IMG/VR virus record: IMGVR_UViG_3300042922_001062
Location: 1-64,000 of that record
Source: a virus
DNA length: 64,000 bases
Direction: 5' to 3' (one strand)
Under the pieces are notes generated by a model that made no database searches, had not been told where the DNA came from, and worked only from the letters and a program-made list of their open reading frames with translations. The position numbers were made by a program, and so were the translations under genes. The first letter of the stretch is position 1, and the number at the start of each line of letters is the position of its first letter. This document shows, piece after piece, positions 11,039 through 20,178 of the stretch.

Positions 11039-11272
11039 ATGCCAGCCGACGGAATCGCAGCCCGCTTCCGACTGAAAATTCGGTGCGACAATTGCAAGGT
11101 AGATACGGCACACCGTCTCGACGTGCCGGCCGTCGAGGATGCCCCGACCTGTCTCGACGAACTGTTGGAGAGCCAGTTCCTCGCGGAGCAGAAGTTCGCC
11201 TGCAAGGCGTGCGAAATGCCGATCGGCATCATCGTCGGCGCCGCGGACATCACGGAGCCGTCCTATGCATGA
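11039..11272 (+). CDS. Small Zn-ribbon protein
   Basis: Two CxxC motifs (CDNC, CKAC). Confidence 0.6.
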   Translation: MPADGIAARFRLKIRCDNCKVDTAHRLDVPAVEDAPTCLDELLESQFLAEQKFACKACEMPIGIIVGAADITEPSYA

Positions 11273-11600
11273 CGCTCCACCAGTGAACCGTGACCGAGCA
11301 GAATGGATCGCGATCGCTGTGCTCGGGACAATCGCAAAGCAGCAGGACAGGCTGACCCAGTTCCTGACGTTGACCGGGATCGAGCCGAAGGCGATCCGGG
11401 CGCTTGCGGAGGATCCTCGTTTCCTCGCCGGCGTGGTCGATTACGTTGCCGAGGATCCATCCCTAGCGGCGATCATCATCTCCGAGCTGGCGTTGCATCC
11501 CGCCGATCTCAGCATGGCGCAATACGCTCTGCGCAATCCCAAGCCCCGGCGCGAAGAGTGGCCGGATCGGCTCCCCATGCCTCCCAGGAGGGTTCAATGA
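11265..11600 (+). CDS. DUF3572 family protein
   Basis: AE.IAI..L..IA....L..FL.LTG.....IR..A.DP.FLAGV.DY. Confidence 0.7.
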   Translation: MHDAPPVNRDRAEWIAIAVLGTIAKQQDRLTQFLTLTGIEPKAIRALAEDPRFLAGVVDYVAEDPSLAAIIISELALHPADLSMAQYALRNPKPRREEWPDRLPMPPRRVQ

Positions 11601-11845
11601 CCAAGAAGACGTTCTATGTCGTGCAGCCGTTCGAGGTGCGGAAGCGGGGGCGGATCAAAGCCGGCATCCCTACGGAAGCGCGCGACGCCGAGGATGCCGA
11701 CCGCAAGGCCAAGCGATTCAGTCTGGTGAAGGCCGGCGCGATCGCCTTTTCGACTGAAGTGGAGACCGAGAGCGGTGACGCTGAACCGCCGGTGCTTATC
11801 GCCAGCTATGGTGAGGTGCCGGAAGGGGTTTTGGAGGCGAGCTAG
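11597..11845 (+). CDS. Hypothetical protein
   Basis: RBS GGAGG; ATGA coupling; YVVQPF..GAIAFS..YGEVP. Confidence 0.65.
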   Translation: MTKKTFYVVQPFEVRKRGRIKAGIPTEARDAEDADRKAKRFSLVKAGAIAFSTEVETESGDAEPPVLIASYGEVPEGVLEAS

Positions 11846-11876
11846 GGCGTCGCCCCTGTGCCTTTTTCGATGTTGA

Positions 11877-12623
11877 TTATCGACCAGGCTCGGCTGGGCG
11901 ATCGAGCGGGGCCTGACGCGCCAACGCATTCAGCACGGCATCAATGCGTCCCGTGAGCATCTCGATCTGTTGTGCGTTCTGCTTGCTGATGTTGAGGGCG
12001 TCGGTCGCCGCTTGAACGCTGGCAGAGGTAACCTGTACGCCGCCGTCGAAGCGATCTCCCCCGTAACTCAGGATAAGGCCGACTACGCCAATCACCGCAA
12101 CGGCGCCGCCCGCGACGGCCCAGATGATCTGTCCCAGCTTGGGAAGAGCGCCGACATTGGCCGTCAGGTTCGAAACGTTCGCCTCTAAGACACGTAGGCT
12201 TGCGGTCGCCTCCGTAATGCGCGCATCGATCCTATGCTCGGTGGCCTCCATTCGGGCCTCGGTCGCGGCCTGTTTGGCATCTATCTCTTCGCGGGTCATG
12301 GCTGCTGATTTCGCACTCTGATGTCCGCTTGACAAGGTCTTCGCTTCGCGAGGCTTCTGGCCAGAAGCGGGGGCTTGGTCCATTGGATCCGCGCCCTTGA
12401 GATCGGATCCTCCTGCAGTCAATTTGGCAAGAGTCGAAGCGCCGACATCGGCCCGCGTTTCTAGTGACCCCTTGAAAATAGAAAATCTTCGGTAAAGGTT
12501 TTCAGCCGGTTGAATTGTCGATGTAATGTTGTCCCGTTCCGTAGCCAGATTGTCGAGAAATGATATGGCTTGCTCTCTAGTGTATTGTCCCGACGGTAAA
12601 TTTATCCAATCGTTGCGCGACAT
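11877..12623 (-). CDS. Membrane protein with coiled coil (immunity-region cargo)
   Basis: One TM segment (IIWAVAGGAVAVIGVVGLIL); 5' part lower in GC. Confidence 0.55.
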   Translation of the reverse strand: MSRNDWINLPSGQYTREQAISFLDNLATERDNITSTIQPAENLYRRFSIFKGSLETRADVGASTLAKLTAGGSDLKGADPMDQAPASGQKPREAKTLSSGHQSAKSAAMTREEIDAKQAATEARMEATEHRIDARITEATASLRVLEANVSNLTANVGALPKLGQIIWAVAGGAVAVIGVVGLILSYGGDRFDGGVQVTSASVQAATDALNISKQNAQQIEMLTGRIDAVLNALARQAPLDRPAEPGR

Positions 12624-12624
12624 G

Positions 12625-12927
12625 TTACGCTTCCGCGGCAGCTCGATCTGCCGAGAGTCTATCTATAATTTCGTTTAATTCGGGGTCCTTTCTAAGATTT
12701 TTTTCGACAAAGTCGTTTATAAATAAATACATATCTATGAACTGTGAAGTGTCCATTATGATTTCGACCGGTATTTCAGGTACTCTGCTGGTGACGCTAT
12801 CCGATATGCTAAGAGATAAGAATGCAAGCCGGGTAACCCCGCCTGTTCTATTTAGGTTTATAAGCGCATCGGCAAATATTTGCTGTGTTCTGTCGACGCG
12901 ATATGACGCCTTTGCTTCCTCGCTCAT
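12625..12927 (-). CDS. Hypothetical protein, AT-rich, directly downstream of cI
   Basis: RBS GGAG; clearly low GC. Confidence 0.55.
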   Translation of the reverse strand: MSEEAKASYRVDRTQQIFADALINLNRTGGVTRLAFLSLSISDSVTSRVPEIPVEIIMDTSQFIDMYLFINDFVEKNLRKDPELNEIIDRLSADRAAAEA

Positions 12928-12982
12928 TCTCTCCCCTCCCCCCTTTGCCAATAGCCGCGATGAAGTTCTTGTCTTGCCTATC

Positions 12983-13672
12983 TCACAATCTTACCGGTCG
13001 GGTTACGTCCGTCACCAGCGCGATGATCTCGACCTTCTTGCCATCGTCGGCGTTGAGGTCCGTATCGACCACAATCGGCTTGTAGCGAGGATCCGTCGAG
13101 CGAGGGTGGAAGGTGTAGCCGTCGTCCCGGACCTCGATCTCTTTGACCGACCACTCGAGCATCTGCCCATCAGCGGTTGACCGCTGGATCACCACGGCCA
13201 TGCCGTTTCGAGGAACCTCCCGGATGTCCTCAAAGACTGGGCCGCTGACCCGAGAGCCATCCGGGATGGGCGGGTCGAAGGCATTCATGGAGTTGCCGCC
13301 CACATCGAATACGACCATTCGCGCCTGCGGATACCGCGGGTTGCGCGCAACGAGCACCTCTTCGGCATCTTGGTTTTCGACGCCGTCGACCTCTTGGAAA
13401 AGGCCGGCGCTCACCTGGCCGGAAACTGGCGTAGGGATGAGCGTCGTTCTGACCGGGCGAGCCTGGTCGAGAGGTGGATTGTCAGAGCTGAGCGAGGCGA
13501 AGAACGCCTCTGCCTTCTCAAGCTCTTCGGGCTGAACGCGTCGCAGGCCCTTCACGATCCTGTTGACCTTCGACGGGTCGTCCAATCCGATCTGTCGCGC
13601 AAGCTCGGACTGGGACACGCCCGTGGCGGCGAGCTGATCCGCGATCCATTGTTGATGCTTGCTTAGAGCCAT
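12983..13672 (-). CDS. CI-like repressor (XRE HTH plus S24 peptidase)
   Basis: VSQSELARQIGL..SKVNRIVKG HTH; VSAG cleavage site; GNSM and SVKE catalytic motifs. Confidence 0.88.
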   Translation of the reverse strand: MALSKHQQWIADQLAATGVSQSELARQIGLDDPSKVNRIVKGLRRVQPEELEKAEAFFASLSSDNPPLDQARPVRTTLIPTPVSGQVSAGLFQEVDGVENQDAEEVLVARNPRYPQARMVVFDVGGNSMNAFDPPIPDGSRVSGPVFEDIREVPRNGMAVVIQRSTADGQMLEWSVKEIEVRDDGYTFHPRSTDPRYKPIVVDTDLNADDGKKVEIIALVTDVTRPVRL

Positions 13673-13673
13673 A

Positions 13674-13758
13674 TGCGATTTTCGCACTAAAGCTGGCTCG
13701 ACGTCCTGTGCGATTGTCTCATAGCGACCTTGACGCGACTGTGCGATTATCTCATAGT
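13674..13758 (+). promoter_or_regulatory. OR region: three operators and PR
   Basis: TGCGATTTTCGCA 13674-13686, TGCGATTGTCTCA 13709-13721, TGCGATTATCTCA 13742-13754; TTGACG-N17-CATAGT. Confidence 0.8.
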
Positions 13759-13764
13759 CACGCA

Positions 13765-14094
13765 ATGCATTGTGAACCCGCCGCATCCGTCATTGCCCGC
13801 TTAGGCGGCCTTTCGAGGGTCGCCGTTGTCTGTGACTTGCACATTTCGACGGTCCAGCGTTGGCGGATGGCCAAGGCCAAGGGCGGCACCGGCGGCGTCA
13901 TTCCCGCGAAGTACATGCCCGTCCTTCTGCGCGAAGCGGAGCACGCCCGCATCGACGTTACCGCCAAGGACATGATCCCGATCGAGCACGAAGTTCCTCC
14001 GTCTGCTCACGCAAGTCAGTCATCGCACATTTCCCACCAAGATGCCGCCGCGAATGGCGCGGCCGAATTCTCAGGGGAGGGTCACCTTGGCTGA
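13765..14094 (+). CDS. Cro-like repressor
   Basis: Divergent from cI; VIARLGG..VA......STVQRW..GGTGGVIP. Confidence 0.75.
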   Translation: MHCEPAASVIARLGGLSRVAVVCDLHISTVQRWRMAKAKGGTGGVIPAKYMPVLLREAEHARIDVTAKDMIPIEHEVPPSAHASQSSHISHQDAAANGAAEFSGEGHLG

Positions 14095-14596
14095 GCACCC
14101 ACTCCCGCGCGCCTGGCGCCTGCGGATCGTCGCCGCGACCCGCGACCTGATCACCGAATGCGGCGGCGCCGAACGAAGCGCCGAGCTCCTCGGAGTCCAC
14201 CCCGGCAGCGTCTACCGCTACCAGCAGGACAAGGACCTGATCCCGCTTCTCTCCGCCATGGTGTTGGAGGCCGATTGCGGCCGCCCGTACGTCACCAAGG
14301 TGATGGCCGACTATAGCGGCCATGAGCTGACGCGGTCGGGTGACGATGACGGCGGCAAGCGGATCGACATCGACGCCCGGCACACCGCCGTCATGCGCGA
14401 GTTCGCCGACGTCACCCATGCCGTGGCCGACGCCCGGGCGGACGGACGTTTCTCGGCAACCGACGCCGAGCGGATCGACCGCGAAGCCGCCGACCTGGCG
14501 CGCGCTGTCGACGAGCTCCGGGAAGAGTGCGCGGAGATCAAGGCCGCGGGCGCGAGCAATGTGAGCCGGCTTCCCAAACAGGGAGGCGGCCGATGA
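14087..14596 (+). CDS. CII-like regulatory protein
   Basis: Position after cro; TTG start with GGGGAGG RBS; HTH plus helical tail (ADGRFSATDAERI). Confidence 0.6.
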   Translation: MAEHPLPRAWRLRIVAATRDLITECGGAERSAELLGVHPGSVYRYQQDKDLIPLLSAMVLEADCGRPYVTKVMADYSGHELTRSGDDDGGKRIDIDARHTAVMREFADVTHAVADARADGRFSATDAERIDREAADLARAVDELREECAEIKAAGASNVSRLPKQGGGR

Positions 14597-15044
14597 CCAA
14601 GAGCGCAGTGTTCAAGGTCAACCGGCCACGCGGCAAGCGTCGCGGCTTCGAGCGGTCGGCAGCCCGCCGCCGGCGCGAGCGGCAGCACTTCACGAAAGAC
14701 ATCATCGACATGGCGGCGAACCTGCTCGCCGCGCTCTTCGCCAGGTGACGAGGGGCAACCGCCATGCCGCGCACCTACCTCAAGACGGCCGACCCGAAGC
14801 CGACACCGACGGAGATGCGTCGGCGCAAGCTGGCCGCCGCCCGCGCTGACAAGATCGCTGAATACAAGCGGCTGAAGCAGGCGCACGACCGCCGCGCCCA
14901 AACCAGCAAAGAGCTCGTCGAGATCACCTCGGCGCTCATCGCTACCGAACTCAAGCAGCCCAAGCCCGCCGCGCGGCCGCCCGCGCCGGTGGCGGACCTT
15001 TTCGCGCGCTGATCCCCAGCCCGCCTAAACACCGAGGCCTTGCC

Positions 15045-15314
15045 ATGTCCGAAATACCGAATGACGAGCCGTCCGCCGCCGACTTCGCGAAGGAGCAGCT
15101 GATCTCCTTTATCGAGCGCATCGAGCGGCTCGAGGAAGAGAAGAAGACCATCTCGGACGACATCAAGGACGTCTTCGCCGAGGCCAAGGGCACCGGCTTC
15201 GACGTCAAGGCGCTGAAGGAGATCCTGAAGATCCGGCGCCAGGACGCCGACCAGCGCGCCGAGCACGAGGCGATCGTCGACCTCTATCTGCAATCGCTCG
15301 GCATGGTGGGCTGA
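15045..15314 (+). CDS. gapR: GapR-like (DUF2312) nucleoid protein
   Basis: [38 protein letters not shown]. Confidence 0.9.
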   Translation: MSEIPNDEPSAADFAKEQLISFIERIERLEEEKKTISDDIKDVFAEAKGTGFDVKALKEILKIRRQDADQRAEHEAIVDLYLQSLGMVG

Positions 15315-15315
15315 C

Positions 15316-16521
15316 ATGGAAACGGTCGACATCCGAGCGGGTGACCTCAAGGACACCCTCCTGCCGTTGAAGCCGATCACGGATCAGTGGTCCGAGATCC
15401 CGATCCTCAACACCGTGAAGTTCGAGTTCGAAGACGGCGCGGCGCAGGTTTCCGCGACTAACCTCGATCTCGAAATGATCCGCCGGTGCGCCACGGTCGG
15501 GCAACTCGGCGCTCCCTTCTGCATCGAACTCCGCTCGCTCCTGCGCGTCGTCCAGGGCTATCCGCGCGGCGATGTGCTCTCGCTGTCGATCGTGAAGGTC
15601 GGTGATCTGGAGCGGCTGAAGATCACCTCCGGCGGTGACGAATGGCTCCTGCCGACGTTCCCGAATGGTCCCGCCGACTGGCCCGACAGCTTTCCAGACA
15701 TTGCCGACACGGCTAAGGCGACACTCTCGCTGGACGCGGGGTTCCGCTCCGATGTCCTGATCCGCGTTCGGCACGCCGTCTCCCGTGAGGAGACGCGCTA
15801 CTACCTGAACGGCATCAATATCTCGGCGGAGGGCGACGAGCTCATTACCACGGCGACGGACGGCCATCGGCTGGTCTCGGTCCGCAGGCCCTACGCTGGG
15901 GCCGCCGACAAACTCGCCATCGTCAAGAAGTCCATCACTGTACCGAATGACTTCGTGAGGGCGATCGTCGAGGGGACGAGTGGTGCCCTCGAACTCGACT
16001 TCTACGAGGATCGACTGATCGCCACTGTTCGCGCCGACGGCGTCGTCATCCATGGCAAGCTGATCGACGGCTCTTATCCCGATTGGCGTCGCATTGTTCC
16101 GAACGCCGGCACCTGCGGCTACGAGGTTGACCGGCTCTCCCTCGTCGCGGGGCTAACGAAGCTCGCGGCAACCGATCGAGACGGCGGCCTTGCGGTGGCG
16201 ATGGCGCGTCGCGGGGGCCGTGTCGTTCTGGAGGCGAGGCACCCCGACGGCATCTCCAGCGTGCTGGCCGTAACCGCCTCGACCTTCGCGACTTGGCCGG
16301 AGCATCCCGTTTCCTTCAATCGAAAGCTGCTGCGCGGTCTCGTTCTGCTCGGGCGCGGGGGGGCACTGCGGCTGACGATGGGCGGCCCAATGGATTCGGT
16401 TCGGATCGAGGACAGCGCGTCCAGCGAACTCACCGTCGTGCTCGCGCCCATGCGTGGCAACGACGGGGTCGTTCACGAGCCGCCGAGCTCTCCCGCGTCC
16501 GAAACGCAATCGGCAGCGTGA
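15316..16521 (+). CDS. dnaN: DNA polymerase III beta-clamp-like protein
   Basis: PILN, SATNLDLE, EETRYYLNGI, ATDGHRL, KLIDGSYPDWRRIVP, VLAPMR. Confidence 0.88.
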   Translation: METVDIRAGDLKDTLLPLKPITDQWSEIPILNTVKFEFEDGAAQVSATNLDLEMIRRCATVGQLGAPFCIELRSLLRVVQGYPRGDVLSLSIVKVGDLERLKITSGGDEWLLPTFPNGPADWPDSFPDIADTAKATLSLDAGFRSDVLIRVRHAVSREETRYYLNGINISAEGDELITTATDGHRLVSVRRPYAGAADKLAIVKKSITVPNDFVRAIVEGTSGALELDFYEDRLIATVRADGVVIHGKLIDGSYPDWRRIVPNAGTCGYEVDRLSLVAGLTKLAATDRDGGLAVAMARRGGRVVLEARHPDGISSVLAVTASTFATWPEHPVSFNRKLLRGLVLLGRGGALRLTMGGPMDSVRIEDSASSELTVVLAPMRGNDGVVHEPPSSPASETQSAA

Positions 16522-16525
16522 CGTC

Positions 16526-16840
16526 GTGACCTGGCAAACACAAGCTCGCGCGCTTCACGCGAAGGGGGCTCGGCCGGCCACTATCGCTCGAGATCTCTGT
16601 GTCTCGAAGGAGCTGGTCTACCGCCTGCTGATCGCCGGATACGCCGAACGTCGGGCCGAAAAGGCGAGGGCGTGGCGAGCCAGAAATCCCGAGCGCAACC
16701 AGCGCTATCGCGGCTCCTCCGCGCCGGAAATCCTCCCGACTGAAACGACCGTCGTGAAAGAGCGATGCGACGGCACGCGCATCTCGCTGCCGCGGGTCAT
16801 GTGGCTGGAACGCCCGGATCCCCGCATCGCTCACCCCTGA
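16526..16840 (+). CDS. Small HTH protein
   Basis: ATIARDLCVSKELVYRLL. Confidence 0.5.
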   Translation: MTWQTQARALHAKGARPATIARDLCVSKELVYRLLIAGYAERRAEKARAWRARNPERNQRYRGSSAPEILPTETTVVKERCDGTRISLPRVMWLERPDPRIAHP

Positions 16841-16857
16841 CTTATCGAGGCGCCGTC

Positions 16858-18246
16858 ATGGATCAATCCACATGGACCCGGCTCCGCACCGTGCTCAAGG
16901 CGCGTGTTGGCGATGAGATCTACGCCAGCTGGTTCTCTCGGCTGGAATACGAGGGATGCGCCGACCGCGTTGTCGTGTTGTCGGTCCCGACCCGATTCCT
17001 GAAGGTATGGATCGCGCAGCATTATGAGCCGCTGCTGACGGAACTTTGGCGCATGGTCGAGCCTGAGGCTCGCCTTGTCATCAATGTCCGGCAGATCACG
17101 CTGAACCGGCCGCAAGCGGTCGAGGCGCCGCCGGTGAACATCACCGCGCCGCCTCTGGAACCGGCTGCGCCGCCGGTTCACGCCGTCGACACGCCGCACG
17201 GATCGCCCCTCGATCCTCGGCTGACCTTCGACACCCTCAAGATCGGCGATTCCAACCGCCTCGCCCATGCCGCTGCGAAGAGGGTCGCGGACGTGCCATT
17301 CGCCGGCGATCCGGTGTTCAACCCGCTCTTCATCCATGGGGGTGTCGGCGTCGGCAAGACACACCTGCTTCAGGCCATCGCCGCCACCAGCGAGGCGGGC
17401 GGCCGCCGCGTCCTCTACCTGACGGCCGAGCGCTTCATGTTCGGCTTCGTCGCTGCCCTGAAGGGCCAATCGGCGGCGGCATTCCAGGATGCCCTGCGCA
17501 CAGCCGACACGCTCATCATCGACGACGTGCAGTTCCTGCAGGGCAAGAGCGTCCTTAAGGAGTTCGCCTACACGCTCAACGCAGTGATCGCCTGCCGGCG
17601 CCAGGTTGTGCTTGCCGCCGATCGCTCGCCCGCCGAGCTCGATGCCATGGACGAGCGCGTGCGGTCCCGCATAGCGGGAGGTCTTGTCGTCGAGATCGCC
17701 TCGTTGGAGGACGAGCTCAAGCTCGAAATCCTCACGGCCCGCCTTGCCGTGCTCGCCCGGCAATATCCGAACTTCAGCATCGAGCCGGACATTTTCCGCT
17801 ATGTCGCCCGCCGGTGCGGGAAGACGGGGAGGGACCTCGACCGGGCGCTGAATCGACTGCTGGCCCACAACCAGCTGACCGGCCGCGGGATCACGCCCGA
17901 CGAAGCGGAGATGGCATTGCGCGACCTCATCCGCTCCGAGGAGCCGAAGAGGGTGCGCATCGACGACATCCTGCGCATCGTCGCCAAGCACTACAACGTC
18001 AGCCGCACCGACATCCTCTCGCAGCGTCGCACCGCGAACGTGGTGAAGCCGCGCCAGATTGCGATGTACCTCGCCAAGACGCTGACCCTGCGATCGCTGC
18101 CGGAGATCGGCCGACGTTTCGGCGGTCGCGACCACAAGACCGTGCACCACGCAGTTCACAAAATCGACGGGCTGGTGACTTCCGGCACTGAGGTCGCAGC
18201 CGAGGTGAAGTCGCTCGAGGCCATGCTGCAGGAGGATGCGGCGTGA
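16858..18246 (+). CDS. dnaA: Full-length DnaA homologue, prophage-encoded
   Basis: Domain I (YASWF..L..VPTRF), FNPLFIHGGVGVGKTHL, IIDDVQF, RSR arginine finger, domain IV RQIAMYL..SLPEIGRRFGGRDH. Confidence 0.93.
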   Translation: MDQSTWTRLRTVLKARVGDEIYASWFSRLEYEGCADRVVVLSVPTRFLKVWIAQHYEPLLTELWRMVEPEARLVINVRQITLNRPQAVEAPPVNITAPPLEPAAPPVHAVDTPHGSPLDPRLTFDTLKIGDSNRLAHAAAKRVADVPFAGDPVFNPLFIHGGVGVGKTHLLQAIAATSEAGGRRVLYLTAERFMFGFVAALKGQSAAAFQDALRTADTLIIDDVQFLQGKSVLKEFAYTLNAVIACRRQVVLAADRSPAELDAMDERVRSRIAGGLVVEIASLEDELKLEILTARLAVLARQYPNFSIEPDIFRYVARRCGKTGRDLDRALNRLLAHNQLTGRGITPDEAEMALRDLIRSEEPKRVRIDDILRIVAKHYNVSRTDILSQRRTANVVKPRQIAMYLAKTLTLRSLPEIGRRFGGRDHKTVHHAVHKIDGLVTSGTEVAAEVKSLEAMLQEDAA

Positions 18247-18851
18247 CCGGCTGGCCGTTCTCTCCCCTGTCGATGTTCGCCTACGACGTCGCCGAGATCG
18301 ATCCTGCGTGGACCTTCGTCCTTCGCTCGGCCAAGGGAGAGAAGAAGTCCGCCCAAGCGCAGTACCAGACGATGTCACTGGACGACATTAAGGCGCTGCC
18401 AGTGGGCAACCTGCTCGCGCCCGGCGGGGTGTGCATCATGTGGTGCACCTGGCCTCTGGTGGCGATCGGCGCCCATGTCGAGGTGATCCGCGGTTGGGGG
18501 CTGTTGCCGGTGACCGGCGGCGGATGGACCAAGCGGACACCAAGCGGAAAGATGCGGTGGGGTACGGGCTATGTCGCCCGCTCGCTCCACGAGCCGTACA
18601 TCATCGCGCGACTGCCCGGTTCGCCATGGAAAGGCGCCGGCTTCCCGAATCTGGTCGAGACGCTGGAAGCGGAAGCTATCGACGGCATTGCCCGCGAGCA
18701 TTCCCGCAAGCCCGACGAGTTCTATGCGGTCGTGGAGAAGGCATGGCCGGAGGCGCGACGCGTGTCCGTTTTCTCGCGGCAGTCGCGCGCCGGTTGGGAG
18801 ACGTGGGGCAACGAAGCGACGAAGTATGATCAGGCGGGATGCGGGCTGTGA
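18243..18851 (+). CDS. MT-A70 family adenine methyltransferase
   Basis: DPAW (DPPW variant), Y.TMSLDDIKALPV, GTGY, REHSRKPD, FSRQSR.GW..WGNE. Confidence 0.85.
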   Translation: MTGWPFSPLSMFAYDVAEIDPAWTFVLRSAKGEKKSAQAQYQTMSLDDIKALPVGNLLAPGGVCIMWCTWPLVAIGAHVEVIRGWGLLPVTGGGWTKRTPSGKMRWGTGYVARSLHEPYIIARLPGSPWKGAGFPNLVETLEAEAIDGIAREHSRKPDEFYAVVEKAWPEARRVSVFSRQSRAGWETWGNEATKYDQAGCGL

Positions 18852-18865
18852 GGAGGCTTCGGATC

Positions 18866-19384
18866 TCACAAGCTGGCGTCGGTGCCCGCATGCGAGAGCT
18901 TGACGTAGCGCGCCGTTACGTCTTCGACGTGCTGCTCGATCCAGCGCGACATGGCGACTTCTTCATCCAGCGACTGCTGCAACAGCGGCACGGCGAATGC
19001 CGACCCGTTGATCTCCGCCATCTTCAACAGGGATTTGTAGGCGGCCGTCTCGAAATTCTCGAAGGCGAAGTTGGCGAAGGTGGCCTTGAGGATCGCGTCG
19101 TCGGCCATGCTGGCGGCCATGGAGTTGGCGCTGCCCATGAAACCCATGACCACGTCCTTGAAGGTCGAGGTGTCCTCGCCGAGCTCCCCGAGGATTCGCT
19201 CAAGGCGTTCGTCCTGACCACGGGTCTCCTCGAGGTGCTGCTGCAGCTTTGTCTTCACTTCCGGATAGGTCTCGATCGACGAAATCTGACTTTCCATCAT
19301 CGAGATCGCTTCGCGCTCCATGGCGTGAGCGTTGCGAAGGCCTACGACAAAAAGAGAGCGCGGGGTTTCATCGGCAGAGGACAT
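18866..19384 (-). CDS. Ferritin-like DUF892 (YciE/YciF) stress protein
   Basis: GLRNAHAME.EA, HLEET..Q..RL, FENFETAAY, SLDEE. Confidence 0.85.
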   Translation of the reverse strand: MSSADETPRSLFVVGLRNAHAMEREAISMMESQISSIETYPEVKTKLQQHLEETRGQDERLERILGELGEDTSTFKDVVMGFMGSANSMAASMADDAILKATFANFAFENFETAAYKSLLKMAEINGSAFAVPLLQQSLDEEVAMSRWIEQHVEDVTARYVKLSHAGTDASL

Positions 19385-19421
19385 CAGGGTGCTCCGGACG
19401 CTGGCGAGGGACTGTCAATCC

Positions 19422-19446
19422 AACCTTCTGAAGGGAGGAAGGTTCC
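19422..19446 (-). promoter_or_regulatory. EcfG-type promoter
   Basis: Minus strand GGAAC-N16-GGTT. Confidence 0.65.
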
Positions 19447-19456
19447 TGACGCGCCG

Positions 19457-19702
19457 TCACAACTGCCCGCGCTGGCGCAGCAACTGCACGAGCCGCTCTG
19501 TAACGTCCTCCACAGCGGAGGGCTCTCCGCTCTGTCCGGCGGCTATGAGCTGATCGATGGTCGCTTCAACCTCGGGGGAGCGCTGCCCCTCGCTCGAGGC
19601 CAGAAACTCAACAGCTGCCAAGAAAGTGTCGATGGTGCGGGGCGGATCGCCCTGCAACACGATCGGCCTCGCAAGTGGTTGCTGCAGCCTATGGGGCATC
19701 AC
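19457..19702 (-). CDS. Small protein, DUF982-like
   Basis: PIVL....RTIDTF..A.EFL pattern. Confidence 0.4.
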   Translation of the reverse strand: MMPHRLQQPLARPIVLQGDPPRTIDTFLAAVEFLASSEGQRSPEVEATIDQLIAAGQSGEPSAVEDVTERLVQLLRQRGQL

Positions 19703-19771
19703 TGCAAACTCCTCGACAAGGATTATACCCCAACCGGCGCGGGCCCGGTCTCAAATGTGCAGAAGTGGGCA

Positions 19772-20077
19772 TTAGTCCAGCAGGCCGTTGAAGGGAGGCA
19801 GAACGCGGAACTCGGCCGTTGTGGTGGTGAGCGGGTGCAGTTCCACTTCGTAGACCGCGCCGGTTTCCAGCGTCAGCCAGGCGCGACCGTCGCGAGCGCC
19901 GAGAAGCGCGGCCATATCGGTCGCAACCTGCCCACTGATTATCACCTCGCCGGCCTTTGGGCCGGTCTTTCGACGCCTCACCGAAAGCCAGTAGTCAGCT
20001 TTGGCGGCCGCCATTCCGGGCGGGCGCAGCATGCCTTTGCCCGTCAGTCTGCGGAGAAATTCCACTGCCGTCCCCAC
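19772..20077 (-). CDS. Small hypothetical protein, paralogue of 6074..6352
   Basis: G.G.LR..G.....A.Y.L and L.LE.G shared with 6074..6352. Confidence 0.6.
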   Translation of the reverse strand: MGTAVEFLRRLTGKGMLRPPGMAAAKADYWLSVRRRKTGPKAGEVIISGQVATDMAALLGARDGRAWLTLETGAVYEVELHPLTTTTAEFRVLPPFNGLLD

Positions 20078-20107
20078 GCTTTAGGCGTCACCCCTGATGC
20101 AGCGGCG

Positions 20108-20132
20108 AACGCCCCGAGTGCCGTAAGGTTCC
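20108..20132 (-). promoter_or_regulatory. EcfG-type promoter
   Basis: Minus strand GGAAC-N16-CGTT, exact consensus. Confidence 0.7.
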
Positions 20133-20178
20133 GCGAAAATCGAAGCAAATTCGTCTGTTCCCGGCCGGGGGAGCGTTT

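Noticed and set aside
15316-18246. Host chromosomal dnaA-dnaN origin region
   Set aside because: Order is dnaN then dnaA, both diverged and embedded among phage genes; no recF, gyrB or rpsT context
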